This document shows, piece by piece, positions 53,210 through 63,088 of a stretch of DNA of 64,000 bases (positions within the stretch are counted from its first letter, which is position 1; every line of letters starts with the position of its first letter). Position numbers and translations under genes: made by a program. Under the pieces are notes generated by a model that was not told where the DNA came from, did no database searches, and saw only the letters and a program-made list of their open reading frames with translations. Source of the stretch: Myxococcales bacterium (lineage in GTDB: Bacteria > Myxococcota_A > Polyangia > Polyangiales > Houyiibacteriaceae); contig JAAYBZ010000097.1 in NCBI GenBank assembly GCA_012744445.1, positions 4,457 to 68,456 on the forward strand. Direction: 5' to 3'.

Positions 53210-53262
53210 CCCGCCCCGGGGGGTGAACGCCCCCCGCGCGCCTTTGCTAGGTTGATCCTGGC

Positions 53263-54642
53263 ATGGCGCACCACCGGATCCGGAAGGGCCTCGATCTCCC
53301 CATCGACGGCGCCCCTGCGCGCCGCTTCGAGGAGGTCACGCGGGTCGACCGCGTCGCGCTCCTCGCCGACGACTACCCCGGCCTCTCGCCGCGGCTGCTC
53401 GTGACCGAAGGCGAGGAGGTGATGCGTGGGCAGCCGCTCTTCGAGGATCGCCACACGGGCGTGCGCTTCGTCGCCCCTGGCGCGGGCCGGGTCATCGGGA
53501 TCCACCGCGGGGAGCGGCGAGTGCTGCATTCGGTGGTCGTCCACCTCGCCCTGGCCGAGCGCGAGGGCGCGGGCGAGGATGCGCCGGCGGTCGCCCTCGG
53601 GTCGTACGCCGCGGCGAGCCGCGCGATGGAACGCGCCGCGCTCGTCTCGCTCCTCCGCGAGAGCGGCCTCGTGACCGCCTTCAGGACGCGCCCCTACGGG
53701 CGCGTGCCGAGCGGCGAGGTGCCACCCCACGCCATCTTCGTCACGGCCATCGACACCGAGCCGCTCGCGGCGCCGCCCGAATGGATCGTCGAGGGTCGCG
53801 AGGACGACTTCGAGCGTGGGCTCGCGGCCATCACCGCGCTCACCGACGGTCCGGTGTACCTCTGCGTCGCCGAGGGATCGCCCATCGGCCCGGGCGGCAC
53901 GCGCGCCCGGCGCGAGACCTTCTCGGGTCCTCATCCCGCGGGGCTGCCGGGCACGCACATCCACTTCCTCGATCCCGTACGTCGCGGGAAGGTGGTCTGG
54001 TACGTCGGCTACCAGGACGTGATCGCGTTCGGCGAGCTCCTCCGCACCGGTCGGATCCCGGTCGCTCGCGTGGTCGCGCTCGGCGGACCGCTCGTGCGCG
54101 AGCCGCGGCTCCTCCGGACCCGGCTCGGCGCGTGCCTCGAGCCCTGCGTCGAGGGCTCGCTCGTCGATCCGGACGTGCCGGCGCGGATCATCTCGGGCTC
54201 GGTGCTCTCCGGGAAGGCGGCGCTCGGCGAGGTCTACGGCTACCTCGGGCGCTATCACACGCAGATCAGCGTCATCCGCGAGGGGCAGGAGCGGAAGCTG
54301 CTCGGCTGGCTCGCGCCCGGGCGCGAGCGCTTCTCCGTCGTGCGGGCCTTCCTCTCGTCGTTCCTCCCGCCGCGTCGCTACGACTTCTCGAGCGCCACGC
54401 ACGGCAGCGCACGCGCGATGGTCCCGATCGGAACGTACGAGCGCGTGATGCCGCTCGACATCCTGCCGACCTTCCTCCTCCGCGCGCTGGTCTCCGAAGA
54501 CCTCGAGCAGGCGGAGCTCCTGGGCGCGCTCGAGCTCGAGGAAGAAGATCTCGCGCTCTGCACCTTCGTCTGCCCGGGCAAGACCAACTATGGCGCGATC
54601 CTGCGCCACAACCTCGAGGCGCTCGCCAAGGAGGAAGCTTGA
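53263..54642 (+). CDS. nqrA: Na+-translocating NADH:quinone oxidoreductase subunit A
   Basis: The N-terminus is 'IRKGLDLPIDGAP...LLVTEGEEVMRGQPLFEDR'. It is 459 aa and is the first gene of a collinear nqrABCDEF operon. Confidence 0.85.
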   Translation: MAHHRIRKGLDLPIDGAPARRFEEVTRVDRVALLADDYPGLSPRLLVTEGEEVMRGQPLFEDRHTGVRFVAPGAGRVIGIHRGERRVLHSVVVHLALAEREGAGEDAPAVALGSYAAASRAMERAALVSLLRESGLVTAFRTRPYGRVPSGEVPPHAIFVTAIDTEPLAAPPEWIVEGREDDFERGLAAITALTDGPVYLCVAEGSPIGPGGTRARRETFSGPHPAGLPGTHIHFLDPVRRGKVVWYVGYQDVIAFGELLRTGRIPVARVVALGGPLVREPRLLRTRLGACLEPCVEGSLVDPDVPARIISGSVLSGKAALGEVYGYLGRYHTQISVIREGQERKLLGWLAPGRERFSVVRAFLSSFLPPRRYDFSSATHGSARAMVPIGTYERVMPLDILPTFLLRALVSEDLEQAELLGALELEEEDLALCTFVCPGKTNYGAILRHNLEALAKEEA

Positions 54643-55850
54643 AGCCGCTGCGAAGAGCGCTCGACCGCGTGGCGCCGCACTTCCAGAAGGGAGGGCGGCT
54701 CGAGCGGCTCCATCCGCTCTACGAGGCCGTCGACACGATCCTCTACACGCCAGGCCGGGTCACGCGCACCGCGTCGCACGTGCGAGACGCGCTCGACCTC
54801 AAGCGCATGATGATCACGGTGGTGATCGCGATGCTGCCCTGCGTGGTCTTCGCGATGTACAACACCGGCTACCAGGCGGCGCTCGCCGTCGAAGCGGGCG
54901 CGCCGATGCGGGAGACCTTCCGCGAAGCGCTCTTCTCGGCCATGGGGCTCACGCTCGCCTCGGTCGACGTCTTCACCTGCTTCGTCTTCGGGGCGCTCTA
55001 CTTCGTGCCGGTGCTGATCGTCGCCTTCGCCGCGGGCGGGCTCGTGGAGGTGATCTTCGCGATCGTGCGCGGCCGGGAGGTTGCGGAGGGCTTCCTCGTC
55101 ACGGGCTTCCTCATCCCGCTCATCCTCCCGCCCACCGTGCCGCTCTGGCAGGTCTTCGTGGGCACGGTCTTCGGCGTGGTCTTCGGCAAGGAGGTCTTCG
55201 GCGGCGTCGGGATGAACTTCTTGAACCCCGCGCTCGTCGTGCGCGCCTTCCTCTTCTTCGCCTATCCCTCCGAGCTCTCGGGCGACGCCGTGTGGATCGC
55301 CGCCGTGACCGGCCCCGACGGGGTGAGCGGCGCGACGCCGCTCCTCCTCGCGCAGACCGAGCCCGAGCGATTCCAGCTCGACTGGATGCAGGCCTTCTTC
55401 GGCTTCATCCCCGGTTCGATGGGTGAGACGAGCACGCTCGCCTGCCTCCTCGGCGCGGCCCTGCTCGTCGCCACGGGGATCGGCTCGTATCGCACCATGC
55501 TCGGTGTCTTCCTCGGCACGGCCGCGCTCGCGTGGCTCTTCGAGCTCGTCGGTTCCGAGACCAACCCGCTCTTCTCGCTGGGGCTCGAGTGGCACCTCGT
55601 CCTCGGTGGGTGGGCGTTCGGGACCGTGTTCATGGCCACCGATCCGGTGAGCTCCACCTTCACCGACGTCGGGAAGTGGATCTACGGCTTCTGTATCGGA
55701 GCGCTCACGGTGCTCATCCGCGTCGTGAACCCGGCGTTCCCCGAGGGGATGATGCTGGCGATCCTCTTCATGAACATCTTCGCGCCGCTCATCGATCACT
55801 ACGTGGTGAAGGCGCACGTCCGGCGGAGGCTCGCGCGCCATGGCCTTTAG
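54639..55850 (+). CDS. nqrB: Na+-NQR subunit B
   Basis: TTG 54639 follows AAGGAGGAAG and overlaps the nqrA stop. Motifs are 'HVRDALDLKRMM', 'GVSGATPL' (the FMN-attachment SGAT motif) and 'GSMGETSTLACLLGA'. Confidence 0.85.
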   Translation: MKPLRRALDRVAPHFQKGGRLERLHPLYEAVDTILYTPGRVTRTASHVRDALDLKRMMITVVIAMLPCVVFAMYNTGYQAALAVEAGAPMRETFREALFSAMGLTLASVDVFTCFVFGALYFVPVLIVAFAAGGLVEVIFAIVRGREVAEGFLVTGFLIPLILPPTVPLWQVFVGTVFGVVFGKEVFGGVGMNFLNPALVVRAFLFFAYPSELSGDAVWIAAVTGPDGVSGATPLLLAQTEPERFQLDWMQAFFGFIPGSMGETSTLACLLGAALLVATGIGSYRTMLGVFLGTAALAWLFELVGSETNPLFSLGLEWHLVLGGWAFGTVFMATDPVSSTFTDVGKWIYGFCIGALTVLIRVVNPAFPEGMMLAILFMNIFAPLIDHYVVKAHVRRRLARHGL

Positions 55851-56622
55851 CACGCGCTTCACCGTCGGCTTCATGGCCACGATCTGTGTCGTGTGCTCGG
55901 CCCTCGTCTCCGTCGCGGCCGTGACGCTCCGCGATCGTCACCAGGTGAACGCGCTCCGCGACCGCCAGCGCAACGTGCTCGTGGCGGCTGGTCTCGTCGA
56001 GCGCGGCGAGAAGGTGAGCGAGGAGACCGTCGCGGAGCTCTTCGAGGCGCGCGTGAAGACGCTCGTCGTCGACCTCGAGGAGGGCACCATCGACACCTCC
56101 ATCGACCCCACCACCTACGATCCGCGCCGCGCCGCTCAGGATCCCGAGCAGCGGCGACGGCTCGCGGAGAATTCTGCGGGGCTCGTCGCGACGGCGCCGT
56201 ACGAGCTCGTCTACGAGCTGACCGACGAGGACGGAGAGCTCGACGCGATCGTCCTGCCGGTCGCCGGGCGTGGGCTCTGGTCGACGCTCTACGGCTACCT
56301 CGCGCTCGAGGCGGACCTCGTGACGGTACGCGGCATCGCGTTCTACGAGCACGCCGAGACGCCTGGCCTCGGGGGCGAGGTCGACTCGGCGCGCTGGCGC
56401 GCCTCGTGGAAAGGACGGCGCGCCTTCGACGAAGAAGGAAAACCCGTCATCGCCGTCACCAAGGGGCCCGCGCCCCCGCCCGAGGACGAGCCGCACGAGG
56501 TCGACGGGCTCTCGGGCGCGACGATCACCGCGAACGGCGTGACGGGGCTCGTGCGCTTCTGGCTCGGCGAGGAGGGGTTCGGCCCGTTCCTCGCGCGCTA
56601 CGCGAAGGAGAGAGGGCGATGA
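55840..56622 (+). CDS. nqrC: Na+-NQR subunit C
   Basis: It has a single N-terminal TM helix and the FMN-attachment motif '[14 protein letters not shown]'. Confidence 0.85.
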   Translation: MAFSTRFTVGFMATICVVCSALVSVAAVTLRDRHQVNALRDRQRNVLVAAGLVERGEKVSEETVAELFEARVKTLVVDLEEGTIDTSIDPTTYDPRRAAQDPEQRRRLAENSAGLVATAPYELVYELTDEDGELDAIVLPVAGRGLWSTLYGYLALEADLVTVRGIAFYEHAETPGLGGEVDSARWRASWKGRRAFDEEGKPVIAVTKGPAPPPEDEPHEVDGLSGATITANGVTGLVRFWLGEEGFGPFLARYAKERGR

Positions 56623-57287
56623 GCAAGGCCAAGGACGCGCTCCTCGAACCCATCGTCGACAACAACCCCATCGCGCTCCAGGTGCTCGGCGTGTGCTCGG
56701 CGCTCGCGGTGACGACGAAGCTCGCCACGGCCACCGTGATGTGCCTCGCGGTGATGGCCGTGCTCCTCGGCTCGAACGTCGCGGTGAGCGCGCTCCGCTC
56801 GAAGATCCCGCCGAACATCCGCGTGATCGTGCAGCTCACCGTGATCGCGTCGCTCGTGATCGTGGCCGATCAGGTGCTGAAGGCCTTCCTCTTCGACATC
56901 AGCAAGCAGCTCTCGGTCTTCGTCGGCCTCATCATCACCAACTGCATCATCATGGGGCGCGCCGAGGGCTTCGCGATGCAGCGCGGTCCGCTCGAGAGCG
57001 CCGCCGACGCCGTGGGCAACGCGGTGGGCTACTCGCTCGTGCTCGTCCTCGTGGCCTTCTTCCGCGAGCTCTTCGGCAGCGGCACGCTCTTCGGCTTCAC
57101 GGTGCTGAGACCCGTGAGCGAAGGGGGCTTCTACCAGCCCAACGGGCTCATGCTGCTCGCGCCCGCCGCGTTCTTCCTGATCGCGGTGTTCATCTGGGTG
57201 ATCCGCACGTTCAAGACCGAACAGGTCGAGGAGGAGATCCATGCTCACGCACTACTTGAGCTTGGCGACGAAGGCGATCTTCGTTGA
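56619..57287 (+). CDS. nqrD: Na+-NQR subunit D
   Basis: Evidence is '[19 protein letters not shown]' and '[17 protein letters not shown]'. The 3' end overlaps nqrE by 47 nt. Confidence 0.85.
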   Translation: MSKAKDALLEPIVDNNPIALQVLGVCSALAVTTKLATATVMCLAVMAVLLGSNVAVSALRSKIPPNIRVIVQLTVIASLVIVADQVLKAFLFDISKQLSVFVGLIITNCIIMGRAEGFAMQRGPLESAADAVGNAVGYSLVLVLVAFFRELFGSGTLFGFTVLRPVSEGGFYQPNGLMLLAPAAFFLIAVFIWVIRTFKTEQVEEEIHAHALLELGDEGDLR

Positions 57288-57852
57288 GAACATGGCGCTC
57301 GCCTTCTTCCTCGGCATGTGCTCGTTCCTGGCCGTGTCGAGGAGGGTGGAGACGGCGCAGGGGCTCGGCCTCGCGGTGATCTTCGTGCTGAGCGTGACGG
57401 TCCCGCTGAACCAGCTCCTCCAGGTCTACGTGCTCGCGCCGGGCGCGCTCGCGTGGCTGGGCCTCCCCTACGTCGACCTCGGCTTCCTGGGCTTCCTCGT
57501 GTTCATCGGCACCATCGCGGCCGTCACCCAGGTCGTCGAGATGGTCGTCGATCGATACTCGCCCGGGCTCTACAACGCGCTCGGCGTCTTCCTTCCGCTC
57601 ATCGCCGTGAACTGCGCCATCCTCGGCGGCGCGCTCTTCATGCGCGAGCGGAACTACACCTTCGCCGAGGCGGCGGTCTTCGGCTTCGGCTCGGGCGTGG
57701 GGTGGTGGCTCGCCATCATCGCGCTCGCCGCGATCCGCGAGCGCCTCAAGTACAGCGACGTCCCCGAAGGCCTCCGCGGGCTCGGGATCACCTTCATCGT
57801 CGTGGGCCTGATGTCGATCGGCTTCATGGCCTTCAGCGGGATCCAGCTCTAG
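57241..57852 (+). CDS. nqrE: Na+-NQR subunit E
   Basis: Evidence is '[30 protein letters not shown]' and '[16 protein letters not shown]'. Confidence 0.9.
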   Translation: MLTHYLSLATKAIFVENMALAFFLGMCSFLAVSRRVETAQGLGLAVIFVLSVTVPLNQLLQVYVLAPGALAWLGLPYVDLGFLGFLVFIGTIAAVTQVVEMVVDRYSPGLYNALGVFLPLIAVNCAILGGALFMRERNYTFAEAAVFGFGSGVGWWLAIIALAAIRERLKYSDVPEGLRGLGITFIVVGLMSIGFMAFSGIQL

Positions 57853-57861
57853 GAGGCCGAC

Positions 57862-59085
57862 GTGGCGACCATCGTGGCAGGCATCGTCGCGTTCACGATC
57901 ATCGTGATGATGCTCGTGGTCGTCCTCATGATCGCCAAGTCCAAGCTCGTGCAGTCGGGCGACGTGCGGATCGTGGTGAACGACGACGAGGCCCGCGCGA
58001 TCTCCACGCACGCCGGCGGGACGCTCCTCGGGACGCTCGCCGAGCAGAAGATCTTCATCCCCTCGGCGTGCGGCGGGCAGGGGACGTGCGGTGTGTGTAA
58101 GGTCCGCGTCCTCGAGGGCGGCGGCGCGCTCCTCCCCACCGAGCGGGGGCACGTCTCCCGCGCCGAGGCGCGGCTCGGCACGCGCCTCTCCTGTCAGGTG
58201 AAGGTGAAGGGCGACCTCCGGATCGTGATCCCCGAGTCCGTCTTCGCCGCGCGCGAATGGCGCTGCAAGGTGCGCTCCAACGAGAACGTCGCGACGTTCA
58301 TCAAGGAGATCGTCCTCGAACTCCCCGAGGGCGAAGAGGTCCCGTTCCGCGCCGGCGGCTACATCCAGCTCACGGCGCCGCCGCACCACGTGCGCTATCG
58401 CGACTTCGACATCCCCGAGCGCTACCGCGCGGACTGGGAGAGGTTCGGCCTCTTCCGCTACGAATCGAAGACCGACGAGGCGGTGAGCCGAGCCTACTCG
58501 ATGGCGAACTACCCCGACGAGAAGGGCGTCATCATGCTCAACGTCCGCATCGCCTCGCCGCCGCCCACGGCGCCCGACGCGCCGCCGGGCATCGTGTCGA
58601 GCTACATCTTCTCACTCCGCCCCGGCGACGAGGTGACGATCTCGGGCCCGTTCGGCGAGTTCTTCGCCAAGGACACCGACGCCGAGATGATCTTCATCGG
58701 CGGCGGCGCGGGCATGGCGCCGATGCGCTCGCACATCTTCGACCAGTTCAAGCGCCTCCACACCCACCGCAAGGTCTCGTTCTGGTACGGGGCGCGGAGC
58801 CTCAAGGAGGCCTTCTATGTCGAGGAGTTCGACGCGCTCGCGCGCGAGCACCCGAACTTCGAGTGGACGCTCGCGCTCTCCGAGCCGCTCCCGGAGGACG
58901 AATTCGACGGCCCCACCGGCTTCATCCACGAGGTGCTCTACGAGCGGTATCTCCGGGATCACCCCGCGCCGGAGGAGGTGGAGTACTACCTCTGCGGGCC
59001 CCCGATGATGCTCACCGCGTGCCTCGCGATGCTCGACTCGCTGGGCGTGCCCAAGGAGAACATCGCCTTCGACGACTTCGGGTGA
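57862..59085 (+). CDS. nqrF: Na+-NQR subunit F (2Fe-2S ferredoxin / FAD / NADH domains)
   Basis: It has an N-terminal TM helix, the 2Fe-2S motif '[17 protein letters not shown]', FAD-binding 'RAYSMANYP' and NADH-binding '[13 protein letters not shown]'. Confidence 0.9.
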   Translation: MATIVAGIVAFTIIVMMLVVVLMIAKSKLVQSGDVRIVVNDDEARAISTHAGGTLLGTLAEQKIFIPSACGGQGTCGVCKVRVLEGGGALLPTERGHVSRAEARLGTRLSCQVKVKGDLRIVIPESVFAAREWRCKVRSNENVATFIKEIVLELPEGEEVPFRAGGYIQLTAPPHHVRYRDFDIPERYRADWERFGLFRYESKTDEAVSRAYSMANYPDEKGVIMLNVRIASPPPTAPDAPPGIVSSYIFSLRPGDEVTISGPFGEFFAKDTDAEMIFIGGGAGMAPMRSHIFDQFKRLHTHRKVSFWYGARSLKEAFYVEEFDALAREHPNFEWTLALSEPLPEDEFDGPTGFIHEVLYERYLRDHPAPEEVEYYLCGPPMMLTACLAMLDSLGVPKENIAFDDFG

Positions 59086-59117
59086 GGATCGAGGTCGCGC
59101 GGCGCTAGAGTCGGATC

Positions 59118-59318
59118 ATGGAGGTCTTCGCGCTCAGCTTCGTCGTGGTCGCCGCGGTGGTGGCGTTGCTCTCCATCGGGACGATCTTCGGGCGTCGCCT
59201 GAAGGGCTCGTGCGGCGGGCCCGACGGCTGCGCGTGCACGCCGGACGAGCGCGCGCGGTGCGAGCGACGTGACGCGCCGATCGCGCTCAGTCGTCGAACT
59301 CCGCGTCGAAAGCCCTGA
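59118..59318 (+). CDS. nqrM: (Na+)-NQR maturation factor NqrM (DUF539)
   Basis: It is 66 aa with one TM helix followed by 'LKGSCGGPDGCACTPDE', the conserved GSCGG...C.C pattern of NqrM. It lies immediately downstream of nqrF. Confidence 0.65.
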   Translation: MEVFALSFVVVAAVVALLSIGTIFGRRLKGSCGGPDGCACTPDERARCERRDAPIALSRRTPRRKP

Positions 59319-59550
59319 TGTCCTCCTCGATCTCGCGCTGATCCGGCCCTGGCAGGAAGGCCGTGGCGTTGAGGCCGAGGAAGACGAGGACGAGCGAGAC
59401 GACCAGGGCGCCGATCCACGCGCTCCGCGGGAGCCTCGCGAGCCCTCGCTTCTCCGCGCCGGCGCTCCGCGCGTGGGTGAAGATCGCGACGAGGGAGATC
59501 ACGAGGAGCACACCCCCGACGACCCCGAGCGCGTTCAAGACGATCCACAT
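59287..59550 (-). CDS. small two-TM membrane protein, hypothetical
   Basis: It is 87 aa with two clear hydrophobic helices ('LNALGVVGGVLLVISLVAIF', 'WIGALVVSLVLVFLGL') and an acidic tail. I recognise no family. Confidence 0.45.
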   Translation of the reverse strand: MWIVLNALGVVGGVLLVISLVAIFTHARSAGAEKRGLARLPRSAWIGALVVSLVLVFLGLNATAFLPGPDQREIEEDIRAFDAEFDD

Positions 59551-59622
59551 GCGTCCTTTCTAACATGCTGCTCCGGCCTCGAACGAGGTTTCCCCCGGCG
59601 GGACGTAACTAGGAGCGTGAAC

Positions 59623-60387
59623 GTGCAAGAGCTCCGCGAGTCGCCCATGCGGCGGCTCATCATGAAGAATGGCCGGCGCGTGCTCGATCGTGCGAACCGG
59701 CGCCTCGCCCGCTCCTCCCCGCTCGGGGACAGACCCGTCTTCGATCCGCGCGCCTTCGATTGGATCGAGCGGGTGGAAGCGGCGACTCCGCTGATCCGGA
59801 GCGAGCTCGACGAGGTGCTCCGCGAGCCCGCGCGCATCCCGGAATTCCGCGACGTCTCGAAGGATCAGGCCCACCTCGCGCCCGAGGGCACGTGGAAGAC
59901 CTTCTTCTTCCACGCCTACGGGCATCGGGCCGAGCGCAATTGCGCGCGATGCCCGATCACGGCGCGCGTCGTCGAGTCGATCCCGGGGATGCAGACGGCC
60001 TTCTTCTCCATCCTCGCCCCGGGCGCGCGCATCCGGCCGCACCGCGGCCCGCACGCCGGCGTGCTCCGCTACCACCTCGGCCTCATCGTCCCGGCCTCGG
60101 ACGAGCGCTGCGCGATCCGGGTCGACGACCAGATCCTCCATTGGCGGGAGGGCGGGAGCCTGGTCTTCGACGATACCTACGAGCACGAGGCGTGGAACGA
60201 GACCGACCAGCCGCGCGTGGTGCTCTTCGTGGACTTCGAGCGCCCGCTCCACGGCGTCGCCCGCAGCCTCAACCGCGGCTTCACGCGGCTCGTGGCGATG
60301 AGCCCCTTCGTGCGCGAGGGCGTCGAGAATTTCGAGCGATGGGACGAGGCGGAGCGGGCCCGCGAGCGCGAGGCGCGCGCCTCGTAG
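59623..60387 (+). CDS. aspartyl/asparaginyl beta-hydroxylase family 2OG-Fe(II) oxygenase (LpxO-like)
   Basis: Evidence is 'WKTFFFHAYGHRAERNCARCPITARVVESIPGMQTAFFSILAPGARIRPHRGPHAGVLRYHLGLIVP' and 'VFDDTYEHEAWNETDQPRVVLFVDF'. GTG 59623 lies 7 nt after AGGAG. Confidence 0.75.
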   Translation: MQELRESPMRRLIMKNGRRVLDRANRRLARSSPLGDRPVFDPRAFDWIERVEAATPLIRSELDEVLREPARIPEFRDVSKDQAHLAPEGTWKTFFFHAYGHRAERNCARCPITARVVESIPGMQTAFFSILAPGARIRPHRGPHAGVLRYHLGLIVPASDERCAIRVDDQILHWREGGSLVFDDTYEHEAWNETDQPRVVLFVDFERPLHGVARSLNRGFTRLVAMSPFVREGVENFERWDEAERAREREARAS

Positions 60388-60388
60388 C

Positions 60389-61537
60389 TCAGAAGAGGTC
60401 GACGACGATCGCGTCGAGCGAGAGCCAGCGCGAGCGCGGGACGCGGAGGTGGCCGTCCTCGACGACGAGATCGCCAAGCTCCATCCGGCGCGCGATGGGC
60501 GCCCGCCGCGCCTCGAGGAGATCGAGGCCGGTACGTTCGCGCACGTCGGCCAGGTCCACGCCGCGGCTCGTGCGGAGCCCGAGCATGAGGGCCTCGCGGA
60601 GGAGGTCCTCGGCGTCGAGGCGCTCGCTCTCGGCCGGCGGCGCGAGCGGATCGCGGAGGTAGGCGTCGGGCTCGATCACGTTCTTCCGCCTCCGCGCGCG
60701 CCCCACGCCCTCGTCGAGGCAGCCCACCGCCGCGGCGCCGAGGCCGAGGTAGGCGTGGCCGCGCCAATAGTGCGCGTTGTGCCGGCTCTCGCGGCCGGGC
60801 CTGGCATAGTTGCTCACCTCGTAGTGCTCGTAGCCGAGCGCGCCGAGGGCCTCCTCGGCCGCGAGGAAGAGCGTGGCGTACTCGTCGTCGGTGGCGACGG
60901 GCAGCCGCCCCTTCTTCCGCAGCTCGTGGAAGGGCGTCCCCTCCTCGATGGTGAGCGCGTAGAGAGAGAGGTGCTCGAGCGAGAAGGGCCGCAGCGCGTC
61001 GAGCTCGGCGAGGAGGGCCGCGCGATCCTGGCCCGGCAGGCCGAAGATGAAGTCGACGCTCACCCGCTCGACGTGCTCGCGCGCGGCCTCGATGGCGCGG
61101 ATGGCCCCTCGGGCGTCGTGGAGGCGCCCGAGGAAGCGGAGGCGCTCGTCGGAGAGGCTCTGCACGCCGATGGAGAGGCGGTTCACGCCGGCGTCGGCGA
61201 GCGCGCGCGCCTTCGCCCGATCGAGCGAGCTCGGGTTGCACTCGACGGTGATCTCCAGCTCGTCCTCGGCCGTCGGAAAGGCGGCGCGGATTGCCGCGAG
61301 CACGCGCCCGAGCGCCTCGGCGTCCCAGAGCGTCGGCGTGCCGCCGCCGAAGAAGATCGAGGCGAGGTGTCGTCCCTCGAGCTCCGTGTGGCGCCCTTCG
61401 AGCTCGCGGAGCACGGCGTCGGCGTAGGCGCTGCCGGGGACCTCCTGAGGGCTCCGCGCGATCGTCGCGAAGTCGCAGTACGGGCAGCGCCGCGCGCAGA
61501 ACGGGAAGTGGACGTAGACGGAGGTGCCTCGGCGCAT
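60389..61537 (-). CDS. hemW: radical SAM heme chaperone HemW (HemN-like, oxygen-independent coproporphyrinogen oxidase family)
   Basis: It has 'VYVHFPFCARRCPYCDF' (CxxxCxxC) and is 382 aa, the HemW length class. Confidence 0.85.
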   Translation of the reverse strand: MRRGTSVYVHFPFCARRCPYCDFATIARSPQEVPGSAYADAVLRELEGRHTELEGRHLASIFFGGGTPTLWDAEALGRVLAAIRAAFPTAEDELEITVECNPSSLDRAKARALADAGVNRLSIGVQSLSDERLRFLGRLHDARGAIRAIEAAREHVERVSVDFIFGLPGQDRAALLAELDALRPFSLEHLSLYALTIEEGTPFHELRKKGRLPVATDDEYATLFLAAEEALGALGYEHYEVSNYARPGRESRHNAHYWRGHAYLGLGAAAVGCLDEGVGRARRRKNVIEPDAYLRDPLAPPAESERLDAEDLLREALMLGLRTSRGVDLADVRERTGLDLLEARRAPIARRMELGDLVVEDGHLRVPRSRWLSLDAIVVDLF

Positions 61538-61544
61538 CCGCGTC

Positions 61545-62408
61545 TCAGCCCCGCTCGCCCACGATGGGGAGGCGCTTGGCGACGGGCTTGGCCTCCGCGT
61601 GCTTCGGCGTGACCTTGGGCACGATGGGGCGCACTTCGGCGGGCCGGTTGGCCCAGACCTCGGCCACCTCGCGATCGAGGAGGTGGCTCGGCCGCACGTT
61701 GGAGAGCGCGGCGAGCATGATCTGGCGGACGTTCGGGATCTCCTTCTCGAGGTCGGAGAGGAGCGTCGTCATCCGATCGCGCTTGAGGCCGTCTTGCGAG
61801 CCGCAGAGGTTGCACGGGAGGATCGGGAATTCCATCGCGCGCGCGTACTCGGCGATCTGGTCCTCGGCGCACTCGACGAGCGGGCGGATCACCTCGAAGC
61901 GGCCGTCGTCGGTGACGTAACGCGCCGGCATCGCCTGGAGCTTGCCGGAGTAGAAGAGGTTGAGGAGGAAGGTCTCGAGCGTGTCGTCGCGGTGGTGTCC
62001 GAGCGCGATCTTGTTGCAGCCCAGGCGCTCGGCGGCGGTGTAGAGGATGCCGCGACGGAGGCGGGAGCAGAGCGAGCAATACGTGCCGCCCTCTTCGACG
62101 TGGTCCACGACCACGCTGTAGGTGTCCTCGCGGAGGATCTCGTACTCCTTGCCGCGCGCCTCGAGGTAGCGGCGGAGCGGCTCGCCGTCGTAGCCCGGCT
62201 GCGCCTGGTCGAGGTGGACGGCGATCACGCTCACCTCGAAGGGGAGGCGCGGGACGAGCAGATCCAAGAGCCGGAGGAGCGTGTAGCTGTCCTTTCCGCC
62301 GCTCACGCCGACGAGGATGCGATCGCCGGGGGCGAGGAGCCGGAAGTCCTCGCACGTGCGCTTCATCCGCTGGAGGAGCTTCTTTTCGAGGCGGGCGAGC
62401 TCGGTCAT
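61545..62408 (-). CDS. ttcA: tRNA 2-thiocytidine(32) synthetase TtcA (PP-loop ATPase)
   Basis: It has the PP-loop 'LVGVSGGKDSYTLL' and Fe-S cysteines in 'CSLCSRLRRG' and 'PCNLCGSQ'. Confidence 0.85.
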   Translation of the reverse strand: MTELARLEKKLLQRMKRTCEDFRLLAPGDRILVGVSGGKDSYTLLRLLDLLVPRLPFEVSVIAVHLDQAQPGYDGEPLRRYLEARGKEYEILREDTYSVVVDHVEEGGTYCSLCSRLRRGILYTAAERLGCNKIALGHHRDDTLETFLLNLFYSGKLQAMPARYVTDDGRFEVIRPLVECAEDQIAEYARAMEFPILPCNLCGSQDGLKRDRMTTLLSDLEKEIPNVRQIMLAALSNVRPSHLLDREVAEVWANRPAEVRPIVPKVTPKHAEAKPVAKRLPIVGERG

Positions 62409-62451
62409 GCGGCCGGAGTCTGGGGCAGAATCGCCGGACGGCCAAGCGCGC

Positions 62452-63018
62452 TCAGGGCGACGCGTTCGAGCGCTCGATCTCGGCGAGCACGTGGTCGATC
62501 CAGCGGCCCACGACGCGCGGGAACGGGAACATGTAGCCGTACGCGGGCCCCGTGAACTGGGCGATCACGTACTCCCGCAGGCGAGGGCACTTGGCCGCCT
62601 CGAGCCCGAATACCTCGGCCGTGGCGCGGAAGGTCTCCGCGTAGGCCTCCCACTCGATGCGGGCGCGCGCCCAGGAGAGGCCCATCGGGAACGGAAGGAG
62701 GAGGTAGGCGAGGGCCATCGGGACGAGCCCGAAGCGCGCGAACTGCCGCAGGTGCACCGCCTCGTGGCGGAGCGTGACGTAGCGATCGCGCGGTGAGCGG
62801 GCGTCCCAGCCGGCGGGGAGGTAGATGCGCGTGCCGATCACCGTCGTGTAGCGGCTGACGTACTCGGCCTGTCCTCCCAGCGTGAGGACGCGGAGCGCGA
62901 GATCGATCGCCCGCGAAAAGGCGTCGCGCTCCTTGTGGATGATCTTCAGCGAGGGGATCTCGCGCCGGAGCTCCTCGAGGAACCGTTCGGGGGAGTGGGC
63001 CTCGGACATCGCGCACAT
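62452..63018 (-). CDS. hypothetical protein with HExxH motif (possible zinc metallopeptidase-like fold)
   Basis: It is 188 aa. 'YVTLRHEAVHLRQFARFG' contains HEAVH. I recognise no other family signature. Confidence 0.5.
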   Translation of the reverse strand: MCAMSEAHSPERFLEELRREIPSLKIIHKERDAFSRAIDLALRVLTLGGQAEYVSRYTTVIGTRIYLPAGWDARSPRDRYVTLRHEAVHLRQFARFGLVPMALAYLLLPFPMGLSWARARIEWEAYAETFRATAEVFGLEAAKCPRLREYVIAQFTGPAYGYMFPFPRVVGRWIDHVLAEIERSNASP

Positions 63019-63088
63019 CGTATCGCGAGCGGCGGCGCGGGCGCGTCTCCTTTCCGGATCGTCCCGGGGGCCTATACTCGATCATCCC

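Noticed and set aside
53218-53235. GGGGGG-tgaacg-CCCCCC hairpin 9 nt after the acyl-CoA dehydrogenase stop, considered as a terminator
   Set aside because: No U-tract follows (only TTT 8 nt later). G/C homopolymer stems are common in this composition. I did not call it as a feature.
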